DNA of 64,000 nt from the IMG/VR virus record IMGVR_UViG_2657245717_000001, positions 24,080-88,079 of that record, one strand, 5' to 3'. The translations under genes and the position numbers were made by a program. This document shows positions 9,553 through 18,476 of this stretch, piece by piece; positions within the stretch are counted from its first letter, which is position 1; each line of letters starts with the position of its first letter. Below the pieces are notes generated by a model, which saw only the letters and a program-made list of their open reading frames with translations, was not told where the DNA came from and did no database searches. This DNA is from a virus. Lineage: Duplodnaviria; Caudoviricetes.

Positions 9553-10187
9553 CCGCTGGTGGTTCTGCATTTCAGCGCGCTGGCCAGTTAGCCCGCCGGA
9601 GCTGGTGGCAGCGTCTCCTCGCCCTCCTCGGTATACGCACCGCCCACGCCCGCCGTACCGCCTCGGCCGCCGCTCGCTGGGCCCACGGTGCCGAAGGCGA
9701 AGCCCACACCGCCCGCCTCCTCGCCCCACTCCAGACAGCGGGCTGGCACCTCCGCCACGACCTCGCCCTCCCGAAGTCCCGCGCCAACCTCGACCACGTC
9801 CTCGTCTCCCCGTGCGGCACTGCGCTCGTCGTCCTCGACACGAAACACTGGCACCGCGGCAAACCCACCCACCTGGTTGGCGGCCGTATCCACTGCGGTA
9901 CTGACGACCGGCACGGCCAGGTCGAGGCCGTCGCACGGTACGCGCAGCGCGTCGCCACCACCCTCGGGCTCCCCGCCGGTCAGGTGGCGCCGCTCCTCGT
10001 CATCCACGGCTCCCCGATCACCGGCGGCCGGCTCGAAACCCACACGCCCCACGGCCTGGTGCACGTCCTCGGTACGGACGGGTTGTTGCCCACGCTCCAC
10101 GCCGCACCCCAGGGCCGTCCGAACGCCCGCGCCGCGGCCAGGCTCACGGCCCGCGTCGACCAGCATCTCCGGCCCTACCAGCAGTAG
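9549..10187 (+). CDS. NERD-domain nuclease-related protein
   Basis: WAHGAEGE...RHDLALP..RANLDHVLV...VVLDTKHW. Confidence 0.85.
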   Translation: MTAGGSAFQRAGQLARRSWWQRLLALLGIRTAHARRTASAAARWAHGAEGEAHTARLLAPLQTAGWHLRHDLALPKSRANLDHVLVSPCGTALVVLDTKHWHRGKPTHLVGGRIHCGTDDRHGQVEAVARYAQRVATTLGLPAGQVAPLLVIHGSPITGGRLETHTPHGLVHVLGTDGLLPTLHAAPQGRPNARAAARLTARVDQHLRPYQQ

Positions 10188-10199
10188 CCCGCACCATCC

Positions 10200-10236
10200 G
10201 GCGCCCACCCCAGTCCACAGGGGTGGGCGCCTTCTC
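10200..10236 (+). terminator. intrinsic terminator-like hairpin
   Basis: GGCGCCCACCCC/GGGGTGGGCGCC 12-bp stem after the NERD gene. Confidence 0.6.
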
Positions 10237-10270
10237 CCGTTTCGAGCGGAGACCGGCGTATCCTCAGCCG

Positions 10271-10501
10271 GTGGCAATCGAACTGACTCCCGAGTTGATC
10301 GCTCTGCAAGAGGCTGCTGATGCGGCTGGCCAGCGTGTGTCTGCGACGCCGAATGACGGTAAAGCGCGGCAGGCGTGGTTCACGGCGTCTGCTGAGGTGC
10401 AGGCCGCGGTGACGGAGCACGCTGCGGCTGCTGGGCTGAACCGTTTCGAGCTGGAGAAGGCTCTGCGCCGGCATGTGCGGCATCCGGAGCTGCGGGACTG
10501 A
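10271..10501 (+). CDS. hypothetical protein
   Basis: Helical 76-aa ORF. Confidence 0.55.
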   Translation: MAIELTPELIALQEAADAAGQRVSATPNDGKARQAWFTASAEVQAAVTEHAAAAGLNRFELEKALRRHVRHPELRD

Positions 10502-10630
10502 CACGCCTCTTCCCTCGCCCTGTTGTGCGCCCGCATCCTGGCCGTGCAGCAGGGCGGTGTCGTGTCCGCCCTCGGGGGAGACGTCGGCTGGCGACCATTT
10601 TGCGGAGGTGCGCAATATGGTCGGGAGGGG

Positions 10631-10789
10631 GTGGCATCCGTGACGTGTGGCCAGTGTGGCGCGGAGGTGGCGGGCCTGGATGGGCGGTATGCGTGTGGGG
10701 TGTGTGGGTGGGTGAACCGGTATGACGAGGGGCATCGGGCGTTGCCGTCGGCGGAGGACGATCCGGACTACCCCGGGCCCGGCGCTTGA
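10631..10789 (+). CDS. small zinc-ribbon protein
   Basis: CGQCG...CGVCG; GGGAGG RBS. Confidence 0.6.
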   Translation: MASVTCGQCGAEVAGLDGRYACGVCGWVNRYDEGHRALPSAEDDPDYPGPGA

Positions 10790-10983
10790 CGGTCTTGGGC
10801 GGCGAGGAGCTGCCTGAGGTGCTCCCGCCGTGCATGGACAGCTCGCCCTAGCTGTTCGACGTCGAGGGCGGCTCGGCGGTGCGCAGCGCTTCCTGGGGTG
10901 GCTGCGGCGAGGCGTGCGCGGGCCTTCTCCAGTGATGCTTCGCGGGCGGCGAGGCGCCGCTGGACGGTGTCGATGTTCTGCAT
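10768..10983 (-). CDS. hypothetical coiled-coil protein
   Basis: MQNIDTVQRRLAAREASLEK. Confidence 0.45.
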   Translation of the reverse strand: MQNIDTVQRRLAAREASLEKARARLAAATPGSAAHRRAALDVEQLGRAVHARREHLRQLLAAQDRQAPGPG

Positions 10984-11080
10984 GGGCTCAGGGTCGCTGA
11001 GGTGGTGGCCGGCGGGTGGGGGTTTTGGGTGTCTGGGGGTGAAATCGCTGGTCATGGGGTGCGGCCCTAGACTCGAACGT

Positions 11081-11413
11081 ATGAACGACCTCACGCCCGA
11101 GCAGCGCCTGGAGAAGCACCGCGCCGTGCGGGACTGGCTGGGCTGGCAGTACCGGCAGGCACAGAAGACGGTGAACGACCTGGAGCGGCAGATCACCGCT
11201 GACCGGCACCGGGCGGAGAAGGCCCGGCGGGAGCGGTCGTGGAAGGTGCAGCCGGAGCGTGCGGGTCGTCCGGCGATGCTGCATCGCGGGGGCTGCTCCC
11301 TGTTCAAGACGGAGCTGGGCTATCTGAACCGCGAGGAGGCGGTGATCGCGTTGGAGGAGGAGGGGTTGGAGGCGTGTGAGGTGTGCCGGCCGGAGGTGGA
11401 TCTGCGGGGGTGA
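11081..11413 (+). CDS. DUF6233-like small protein
   Basis: MLHRGGC...REEAVIAL...EACEVCRPE; ACTCGAACGT upstream. Confidence 0.7.
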   Translation: MNDLTPEQRLEKHRAVRDWLGWQYRQAQKTVNDLERQITADRHRAEKARRERSWKVQPERAGRPAMLHRGGCSLFKTELGYLNREEAVIALEEEGLEACEVCRPEVDLRG

Positions 11414-11663
11414 CCTGGCGGCGGCATCGGCTTCGAGGTGACGGCGCCGCCAGGACGTGCAGAGCATGCCACGGGGCCCGGACCATGACGGTCGCGGGCC
11501 CCGATGTGTTTCGAGAGTCGTTAGTCCTGGGTGGGCTCTGTCGCGCCCCAGCCGAGGTCGACCACACCCCACCCGATGTCCGCGAACCCCCAGCCGATGT
11601 CGCTGCTCATCACGTCCCCCTCCCTGCTGCTTGTGGTGCTCGGCAGCCTACGCCCGGCCACCG

Positions 11664-12716
11664 TCACGCGGACCAGGTTCCACGGATCGCTGCCGTGTTG
11701 AATCCGGGCCCGTAGGCGACCATCACGCCCTGCGCCCCGGCTGCGGGCGGCTCCGCGTGCGTCCGCTCCAGAATCCGCAGCACCGACGGCCCGCCCAGGT
11801 TCCCTTCATCGGCGAGCGTCGCCGTCGAGTGGCGCGTGTCGTGCTCGTCCAGGCCGAGAGCCCGCGCCGTATCCGTGATGATCCGCTGACTGCCGGGGTG
11901 GATGACAGCCCAGTCCACGATGTGCTGCTGGCCCAGCCACCCGGTGACGCCGGGCAGCACGTCGTCCGCAGCGCTGAGGGCTTCCTTCGTGGAGTCGAAG
12001 TGCAGGCCCGTGCTGTCGATGCGGCCGGCGTACCGGGTGAGACTGTCCGGGAGAACGTGCTCGTACGTGTCGGCCGGCCCGGCGAGGGTGAAGCCGGGGC
12101 CGTGGGGCTGGTCGCTGACAATGGTCGCCGCGGCACTGTCCCCGAACAGCGCCTTGTAGATCATGTGCTCGACCTGGTTGTCGGCGTGGTTGTAGATCGT
12201 GGAGATGACCTCCGCAGCCACCACCAGGACACGAGACCCGGGCCGGGCGGCCACCATGTCGGTGGCGCGGATGAGGGCCTGTGTGCCGCCGGCGCAGGCG
12301 AGGGTGGTCAGCCCGATCCGCTGCACAGTGGGCGACAGGCCGAGGCGCTGCACGAGGTGGATGTCGAGGCCGGGGACGGCCCAGCCGGTGGAGTGCGTGG
12401 TGACGATGCCGGTGATGTCGGCCGGGTCGAGGCCGTGGAGGGCGAGCGTGTCGCGGGCGGCTTGCTCGGCCATGTCGAGGGCATCTTCGAACGCCGCGGC
12501 TGCGCGGTTCCCGACGGGCGCGGTGCCGGTGATGGTGTCGGCGGTGAGCGGCCTGGTGAAGTGCCGGGTCTGCACTCCGGTGTTGCCGACGATGCGGAGG
12601 ATGGACCGCAGCCGCGGATGGTCGGCGTGGTGGTGCCGAATGTCGTCCGCTATCTCAGCGGTGGTGACTTTGTGGGCGCCGAGGATGGTGGTGGGCTGGG
12701 CAATGTGGATGGCCAT
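11664..12716 (-). CDS. type III polyketide synthase (chalcone-synthase fold)
   Basis: Catalytic Cys (TLACAGG), His (VIHPGS), Asn (EGNLGGPSV); LFGDSAAA; AYGPGF. Confidence 0.93.
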   Translation of the reverse strand: MAIHIAQPTTILGAHKVTTAEIADDIRHHHADHPRLRSILRIVGNTGVQTRHFTRPLTADTITGTAPVGNRAAAAFEDALDMAEQAARDTLALHGLDPADITGIVTTHSTGWAVPGLDIHLVQRLGLSPTVQRIGLTTLACAGGTQALIRATDMVAARPGSRVLVVAAEVISTIYNHADNQVEHMIYKALFGDSAAATIVSDQPHGPGFTLAGPADTYEHVLPDSLTRYAGRIDSTGLHFDSTKEALSAADDVLPGVTGWLGQQHIVDWAVIHPGSQRIITDTARALGLDEHDTRHSTATLADEGNLGGPSVLRILERTHAEPPAAGAQGVMVAYGPGFNTAAIRGTWSA

Positions 12717-12762
12717 GAGGTCTCCCCTGGGCAGTTTCTGAACCGGGTGCGGGGGAGTGCTC

Positions 12763-12792
12763 ACGGTACGGCTCTTTGGCTTGATCGTTGCC
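12763..12792 (-). promoter_or_regulatory. phage-type promoter GGCAAC-N18-TACCGT upstream of the PKS
   Basis: Same hexamer and 18-nt spacing as the late-gene promoters. Confidence 0.7.
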
Positions 12793-12882
12793 CCGGCTTT
12801 TCGCCGTCTTGATGCGTGACCAGCGGCGTGTGGGGCCGCCGCTGGTGTGGTGGTGCGCGTGGGGTGGCTGAGACGCGTGTGG

Positions 12883-13707
12883 TCAGCGTGCTCGGAGCAT
12901 CGGTGTGCGGGCGTGCGCACGCTCCGGCCCCGCGTGGAAGACGAGGATGACGAGGCGGGCGCCGGGTGCGGCCATCGGCTGCGCCGCGCACATCGTCACC
13001 CACCCATCCCCCAGTACCGCGTGCCGTATCGGCCGCTCGTCGCCGTCCGGGTGGATGTAGCCCGTCGAGCCCTGCGTGTACAGGGCGTGGAGTTCGGGGT
13101 CGGCGTGCACGTCCCGCTCGATCGCCTGAAGGATGGGGTCGTCGGGGCGGGCGGCGAGCGCCGCCTGAAGCTGAGGGAGGACGAACGGGGCCCAGGCGGT
13201 CGCCCAGTCGTTGAGGTGTTCGCGGCCGTCCCACAACATCCACCTCATGGTGTTGTCCGGGGCTTTCCTGTCGGGGAACAGCTCGGCGAACTGCGCGTTG
13301 CAGGCCAGCAGGCCCCACGATGCGTCCGTCACGTACGCCATGTGCGTGATGCCGTCCACCGCCGTCTGCCACACCCCCGGCACCTGGTGCCCGGACTGCG
13401 GGTAGAGGGGCGCCGGCGGGTCCTCCGCGCGCGCGTACCGGTACAGGGCCACCCACTCCTGCTCGGTGAGTGAGAGGAGCTGCGCTACGGCCTGGAGGAG
13501 GTCTGAGGGCGGGTGTTTGTAGATCCCTGATTCGAGGCGGTGGTAGGTGCCGATGGCCCGGTTGGTGAGGAAGTCGACTTGTTGTTGGGAGAGGCCGGGT
13601 GCGCGGCGTCCGCTGCCGGTGGGGCGGGTGAGGCCGTGGGTGGTGGGGTCGATGAGGGCGCGTCGTTCTTGGAGGAGGGCTTGGAGGGCTTTTTTGCGGG
13701 TGTGCAT
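12883..13707 (-). CDS. MmyB-family regulator (XRE HTH plus PAS-like ligand-binding domain)
   Basis: LLQERRALIDP...GRRAPGLSQQQV...YHRLESG; AYVTDASWGLLACN; RHAVLG. Confidence 0.88.
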   Translation of the reverse strand: MHTRKKALQALLQERRALIDPTTHGLTRPTGSGRRAPGLSQQQVDFLTNRAIGTYHRLESGIYKHPPSDLLQAVAQLLSLTEQEWVALYRYARAEDPPAPLYPQSGHQVPGVWQTAVDGITHMAYVTDASWGLLACNAQFAELFPDRKAPDNTMRWMLWDGREHLNDWATAWAPFVLPQLQAALAARPDDPILQAIERDVHADPELHALYTQGSTGYIHPDGDERPIRHAVLGDGWVTMCAAQPMAAPGARLVILVFHAGPERAHARTPMLRAR

Positions 13708-14081
13708 GTTCGGATTCCCCCGTGCTACTGACTGGTTATCAAGCCGGTTCTTGTGGGCGTGTTTTTGGTGTGAAAAACCTACCGAAGAAAGGTGGTGGGT
13801 GTGTGGTGCATGCTCGGTTCTGCGGCGCTCCGCCTGGTCCTGTTGGGGCTGGTGTGGGGGGTTGTGGCCGTCTCGTGACAGTGCTGTGGCGGGGTTCCGG
13901 GGATTCCGGGTTTCCGCTTGCGGTGGTGTCAGCTTTTTAGGGGCGTGCAGGGAGTCGAATTCGCGGCTTGGGTGGCCGTGAATACCGCAGCCTCTCCTTG
14001 CACGTCCCTTTTCTGCTGCCCGAAATCGGGGTGGGGAAGCAGCGGGGGCGGCCCGGTGGGGTCGGGCCGCCGGTGGTGCGG

Positions 14082-14489
14082 TCAGGACGGGCCGAAGCGC
14101 CACCAGCCGTCGTAGCCGTCCGGGACGGCCGGATAGTTCGCGAGCATCGGTTGGAGGATCGCGAGGTGCCGCTGCTGCTCGGCGAGGGTGACGTTGCCCC
14201 AGTACGAGTCGCCGTCCCAGCGGCCGTGGGTGTCTCCTCCGTAGCGGCCGTCGGTGTGCTGTTCCAGGAACTGGCGGGCGTCGGCGGGCTCGGGGTGCTG
14301 GAGGTCCCAGAGGTGTCCGATGCAGGCGACGGTGACGCCTCTACGGCGCCGGAACCAGACGGCGTCGATGGTGCCGTCGAAGGTGTAGTCGTTGCGGCCC
14401 TGCGGGGTGTCGGTGCGGCTGCCGCGCAGGCTGCTGAGGTCGACGGCGTAGGGCTTGCGGGAGATCAGGAACTTGTCTTCGCGGATCAC
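14082..14489 (-). CDS. hypothetical protein
   Basis: AAGGAG RBS, codon usage. Confidence 0.65.
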   Translation of the reverse strand: MIREDKFLISRKPYAVDLSSLRGSRTDTPQGRNDYTFDGTIDAVWFRRRRGVTVACIGHLWDLQHPEPADARQFLEQHTDGRYGGDTHGRWDGDSYWGNVTLAEQQRHLAILQPMLANYPAVPDGYDGWWRFGPS

Positions 14490-14499
14490 GGGGGCTCCT

Positions 14500-14814
14500 T
14501 CAGGGGCAGCGGACGGTACGGCGGCGGACCACGCTCTCGTCCCGCCACGTCGGCAGCTCCACGTCGAGGTGCTGCTGGTGCTTCACCGCCGCCACATAGG
14601 AGTCGAACGCCGGACTGCACGGCAGCCACATACCGCCGTCGTAGAACTCGACATGCCACTGCCCGCCCTCATGAGCGTGTTCGAGGAGGGTGCTGGCGGC
14701 GTCGGGGGCGGGGCAGTCGAGGCGGGAGCAGGTGATGTAGTCGCCGGCGCCGAGGAACAGGCTGGACCATCCGCAGGCGGGGCAGCGGCCTTGCACGAGA
14801 GGGATGGCGGTCAC
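14500..14814 (-). CDS. zinc-ribbon protein
   Basis: VQGRCPACGWSSLFLGAGDYITCSRLDCPAP. Confidence 0.65.
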   Translation of the reverse strand: MTAIPLVQGRCPACGWSSLFLGAGDYITCSRLDCPAPDAASTLLEHAHEGGQWHVEFYDGGMWLPCSPAFDSYVAAVKHQQHLDVELPTWRDESVVRRRTVRCP

Positions 14815-15035
14815 GGGGTCTCCTTGGTGAGGGTGTTGATGATGAGGGCGGCGATGCGCTCGGGCGGCCCGCTGATGCTGACCTCGACGGGCTGCCCGTT
14901 GTCCCAGACGGTGGGCTGGAACCGGCCGTGCTCGCAGTGCTCCTTGCTGTCGCACTCGCCGGGGCAGGTGGCGGCCCGGATGGCGTCGGCGATGCGGTCG
15001 CGGAGCTGCTGCGTGTCGGTCGGGGTGGTGGTCAC
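14811..15035 (-). CDS. hypothetical protein
   Basis: LRDRIADAI; coupled overlaps. Confidence 0.55.
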   Translation of the reverse strand: MTTTPTDTQQLRDRIADAIRAATCPGECDSKEHCEHGRFQPTVWDNGQPVEVSISGPPERIAALIINTLTKETP

Positions 15036-15307
15036 GGTGTCTCCAGACGGTCGAGGGTGGGCATGCCGGCGGCGTCCAGGGCCCCGTTGACGGCGCGCCA
15101 AATCATGGCGTTGCGGTGGAGGGTGTCGACGGGCATGTGCGCGCCGAGGTCGCGTATCCGCGCCCAGGTGGCGTTGTGCGCGGCGTCCCGGCCGAGGCGC
15201 GCCTGCTGCTGCGCCTGGGTTTCCAGTGCGGCGAGGCGGGCGTACAGGTCGTCGAGGGCGTCGTCGGTGATCGAGTCGGCCGTGTGCCGGATCAGAGCAG
15301 TCGTCAT
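15032..15307 (-). CDS. hypothetical phage protein
   Basis: RHTADSITDDALDDLYARL. Confidence 0.65.
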   Translation of the reverse strand: MTTALIRHTADSITDDALDDLYARLAALETQAQQQARLGRDAAHNATWARIRDLGAHMPVDTLHRNAMIWRAVNGALDAAGMPTLDRLETP

Positions 15308-15681
15308 GCGGCGGCCTTCCGGGATCGGCCGCTGTACCAGGGCAGGGCGAGCCCGTCGTTCGCGGCACGAGGAACGAGGTGGAGGTGTAGATGCCAAACC
15401 GACTGCGTCGCGTGCACGCCCTTGCTGGTGATGAGGTTGGCGTGCACCAGGTCCAGGTCACGGCAAAGCTGCGCTGCTCGGCGGGCGGTCGCCCCGGTCA
15501 CGTCGGGGTCGTCCGCGAAGTCGGTGACGTGGGTCTTGGGGATGATCAGGGTGTGGCCGTCGATGACCGGGCCGAGCGGCACGATGGCGATGACGTCAGG
15601 CCAGTCGTGGACGATCGTGGCGGGCGCCTTGCCGTCGACGATGAGGCAGAACGGGCAGTCGCGGGTGAGGGTGGTGGTCAT
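15304..15681 (-). CDS. HIT-family nucleotide hydrolase
   Basis: DCPFCLI...GHTLIIPKTH...QSVWHLHLHLVPR. Confidence 0.92.
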   Translation of the reverse strand: MTTTLTRDCPFCLIVDGKAPATIVHDWPDVIAIVPLGPVIDGHTLIIPKTHVTDFADDPDVTGATARRAAQLCRDLDLVHANLITSKGVHATQSVWHLHLHLVPRAANDGLALPWYSGRSRKAAA

Positions 15682-16019
15682 CGGGCCGACCCGTCCGTGC
15701 GGCTGTCGAGGTCGGAGATCCACGCCAATGCGACCGCAGCCACCTGCACCAGCTCGGTACGCAGCAGGCCCGGGTCGGACTCGGCCAGTGCCTCACACAC
15801 TTCCTCGGTGAGGATGTCGTTCCAGGTGAGCTGTCCGGTGCGGGTGGTGTGGTCGCAGTGGCGGCGGGCTTCATCGGCGAGCTTCCGGTCGGTGGTGCTG
15901 CCGGTGCCGTCGGGGTGGTGTTGGTCGCCGAAGCGGGCGAGCTGCCGCTGCCGCTCCGCGTCGACCTCGGCCATGTGCCGGTCGAGACCGGGGGTGGCGA
16001 GGGTGGGCTGGGTGGTCAT
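15678..16019 (-). CDS. MazG-like NTP pyrophosphohydrolase-fold protein
   Basis: ERQRQLARFG...ILTEEVCEA...ELVQVAAVALAW. Confidence 0.7.
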   Translation of the reverse strand: MTTQPTLATPGLDRHMAEVDAERQRQLARFGDQHHPDGTGSTTDRKLADEARRHCDHTTRTGQLTWNDILTEEVCEALAESDPGLLRTELVQVAAVALAWISDLDSRTDGSAR

Positions 16020-16783
16020 CACAGGCTCCAGAGAGGTTCTTGGCCAGGGAGGAGAGGGACAGGAGGTACGGACTGTTGGCCGTGCTGGGCGACGAGCGAC
16101 GGTCGTGAGGGGCGACGATGGCGAGGCCGTCGAGGTTCGGGGGTGTGCCGGTCGGTGGCGCAGAGACTGGGCGCGTGGCCGATCTCGCCGAGCCAGCTCA
16201 TGAGCTTCGGAAGGTTCTGGTCGGGGCCGAAAGCCAGGTAGGTACCGTCGGCGGTTTCGCATCCGAACCAGCCGGCTATGCCAAGGCGCTGCCGTGAGTT
16301 GACGCGGCCCATGTGGACGCTTTTGCCTCGTTCGTGGGCTTCGCGGGAGAGCCGTTCAGCGACGGGGCCGATCTTCCATTCGGTGGACCCGGCGAGGAAC
16401 AGAACATCGAATGCGTCCCAGGGCAGGCCGCCGTCGAGTTGGTCGCAGCCGTCTTGGGCGGCGAAGGCGGCAGGGATGCCGAGGTCGCGGATGCGGGTGA
16501 GCCACGGCAGGGATTCGGTGAGGGTTCCGGCGGCGTCGAAGGGGATGTCTGGGGCGACGGCCCATAGGCAGCGGTCTGCGCCGTAGCGGGTGACGGTGCG
16601 GGTGAGCCAGGTGTACCAGGCGTCGGCACCGGGCCAGCCTTTGCCGAATTTGCCGTTGTCGCAGGCGTAGAACGCACCGTCGGGCACCCGGTTGCCTTGG
16701 GCGGGGGTGGTCATGCAGCCGAGGTGTCCGGCGCTCATGGCGGCGCGCACGTCAGGCCCCGAGGGCGTGGCGAGGTACAGCAC
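16019..16783 (-). CDS. DpdA/TGT-like putative deazaguanine DNA transglycosylase
   Basis: ACDNGKF, VAPDIP, AQDG, VHMGRVNS, ADGT motifs resembling the TGT fold; adjacent to VUT. Confidence 0.6.
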   Translation of the reverse strand: MLYLATPSGPDVRAAMSAGHLGCMTTPAQGNRVPDGAFYACDNGKFGKGWPGADAWYTWLTRTVTRYGADRCLWAVAPDIPFDAAGTLTESLPWLTRIRDLGIPAAFAAQDGCDQLDGGLPWDAFDVLFLAGSTEWKIGPVAERLSREAHERGKSVHMGRVNSRQRLGIAGWFGCETADGTYLAFGPDQNLPKLMSWLGEIGHAPSLCATDRHTPEPRRPRHRRPSRPSLVAQHGQQSVPPVPLLPGQEPLWSL

Positions 16784-17282
16784 GGCGCCACCTCCTGACT
16801 GCGGTGACAACGGCGACGGGCAGGAGGGTGGCCCACACGATCTTGCCGACGAGTTGGCCGGTGACGGTTGCGGCGACGATTGGGAAGCCTGCGAGCCACA
16901 GGAAGATGACGGTGTCGACGATGGCGCCGACGATGTTGGAGGCGAGGACGGCGCGCGCCCAGCCGCGGTCGCGGAGCGGGGTGTAGACGGCCATGTCGGC
17001 CAGCTCGGCGACGAGGAACGCTGCGCTGGAGGCGAGGGCGAGGGCGGGGCTGGTGGCCCAGGTGAGTGCGGCGCCGGCGGTGATTCCGGCGAGGACCCAG
17101 GCGCGGCCGGCGGTGTCCTGGACGAGGTCGCGGGCGAGGAGCGCGGCGCCGGCGGCGAGGGTGCCGGCGGTGGCGGTGACGCCGGGGGCGAGGGTGATGA
17201 GGCCGTAGTGGGCGGTGAGCCAGTTCGCGGCGGTGATGCTCGCGGTGTAGGTGGTGATGGCGGCGATGGTGCGGGCGCGCAT
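16752..17282 (-). CDS. VUT/YhhQ-family queuosine-precursor transporter
   Basis: AANW...AGT...RDLVQ...ALASSAAFLVAELADMAVY...SNIVGAIVDTVIFLWLAG...GQLVGK. Confidence 0.85.
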   Translation of the reverse strand: MRARTIAAITTYTASITAANWLTAHYGLITLAPGVTATAGTLAAGAALLARDLVQDTAGRAWVLAGITAGAALTWATSPALALASSAAFLVAELADMAVYTPLRDRGWARAVLASNIVGAIVDTVIFLWLAGFPIVAATVTGQLVGKIVWATLLPVAVVTAVRRWRRAVPRHALGA

Positions 17283-17587
17283 TAGAGGCTCCAGAGGGTT
17301 GGTTGAAGGTCGATGAGCGCCAGCTCGGTCTGGCCGGGGAGGACGTCGTCGGGGCGCGGTGCGGGGATGGTGGCGACGCCGGTGCGCTGCCGCTGCTGCC
17401 GTTCGCATACGGGCCCGAGGCCGGACGGTGTGGGGTGGCGCATGGCTCGTCCGCAGCGTCGGCAGTACGCGCTGGTGTGCGTGCTGGGCGGAAGCGCGGC
17501 GGGTGGTGTGTCGCCGGGGAGGGGGAGTGTGGTGATGGGCCGGCCGCGCCAGTGAGGTTTGGTGGGGTGCGGGGCGACGGTCGTCAT
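17282..17587 (-). CDS. small Zn-finger protein (DUF6011-like)
   Basis: CRRCGRAM...GLGPVC. Confidence 0.6.
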   Translation of the reverse strand: MTTVAPHPTKPHWRGRPITTLPLPGDTPPAALPPSTHTSAYCRRCGRAMRHPTPSGLGPVCERQQRQRTGVATIPAPRPDDVLPGQTELALIDLQPTLWSL

Positions 17588-17772
17588 GCCGCGTCGGGGA
17601 CGCCGGGGCCGGCCTGTCGGGCGCGGCGCTTCTCGGCGTCGATGGCGTCGAGGGCGGCGGTGAGGTCGGCGAGGTGTTGGGCTTGTTCGGCGGGGGTCCA
17701 GGCGGTGGGGCGTTGGCCGCCGAAGTTGCCGGTGGGGATGTCTTCGGTGAGGGTTTTCGCGAGGTGGTTCAT
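17584..17772 (-). CDS. hypothetical protein
   Basis: GGAGG RBS; first ORF of the leftward operon. Confidence 0.6.
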   Translation of the reverse strand: MNHLAKTLTEDIPTGNFGGQRPTAWTPAEQAQHLADLTAALDAIDAEKRRARQAGPGVPDAA

Positions 17773-17809
17773 GGGGCCTCCCGGGGTGGGGGCGGGGTGT
17801 GGTGGTTTC

Positions 17810-17839
17810 AGGGTGCGCGGTTTCTGGCGGGGTGTTGCC
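17810..17839 (-). promoter_or_regulatory. phage-type promoter GGCAAC-N18-CACCCT
   Basis: Motif match upstream of the VUT/DpdA operon. Confidence 0.65.
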
Positions 17840-17865
17840 CCGGGTTTCGCGCTCTCCCTGATGGT

Positions 17866-17900
17866 CTCATACTCCATTGCGTGGCGCAATGGAGTATGAG
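17866..17900. promoter_or_regulatory. 35-bp palindrome, copy 2
   Basis: CTCATACTCCATTGCG-TGG-CGCAATGGAGTATGAG. Confidence 0.75.
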
Positions 17901-17952
17901 GGTTGAAGGGAGGGTGCCAGGCCACAGGCCCGACACCCTCACCCCACCCACA

Positions 17953-18354
17953 TCACCCAGCCGGCACGGCCCTCCCCAACCCCGACAACGGCACCTCCGC
18001 CTGCCGCACCGCACTCGTCGCCGACAGCAACGCCCCCTGCACACCCAGCAACTCAGACGCCGCCAACTCGGCCCGCGTCGCGGCGTCTCCGCCGTCATCC
18101 GCGACCAGCACGCCCTCCCGCTCCAGTCGGCGCACCGCCCGCTTCGCTTCCGCCGCCACGGCCGCCAGCCGTTCCACGGCCAGGCCGACGCCGACGAGGG
18201 TCGCGGCGATCTGTGCGGGCTCCCGGTACGCGTGCGGGTGCCGGCCTGCTGTGAGGAGGTGCTTGGCGGTCTCGGCGAGGGTGATGGCGTGGACCGCTGG
18301 CGCGTCGCCGGCGGCGGAGGTGGGTGGTGTGGGGGTGGTGTGGGTGGTGGTCAT
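17953..18354 (-). CDS. hypothetical protein
   Basis: GGAG RBS, helical sequence. Confidence 0.55.
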   Translation of the reverse strand: MTTTHTTPTPPTSAAGDAPAVHAITLAETAKHLLTAGRHPHAYREPAQIAATLVGVGLAVERLAAVAAEAKRAVRRLEREGVLVADDGGDAATRAELAASELLGVQGALLSATSAVRQAEVPLSGLGRAVPAG

Positions 18355-18476
18355 GTTGGTCTCCGCAGGGCCAATTGAGGTCTTTGTGGGGGAGTGTGCC
18401 AGCCGCGACGGACAGTCCGGGCCGGGTTCTGGTAGCGGCCACCCGCGGGATCGGGGGTGGTGTGCAGAATCAGCGC

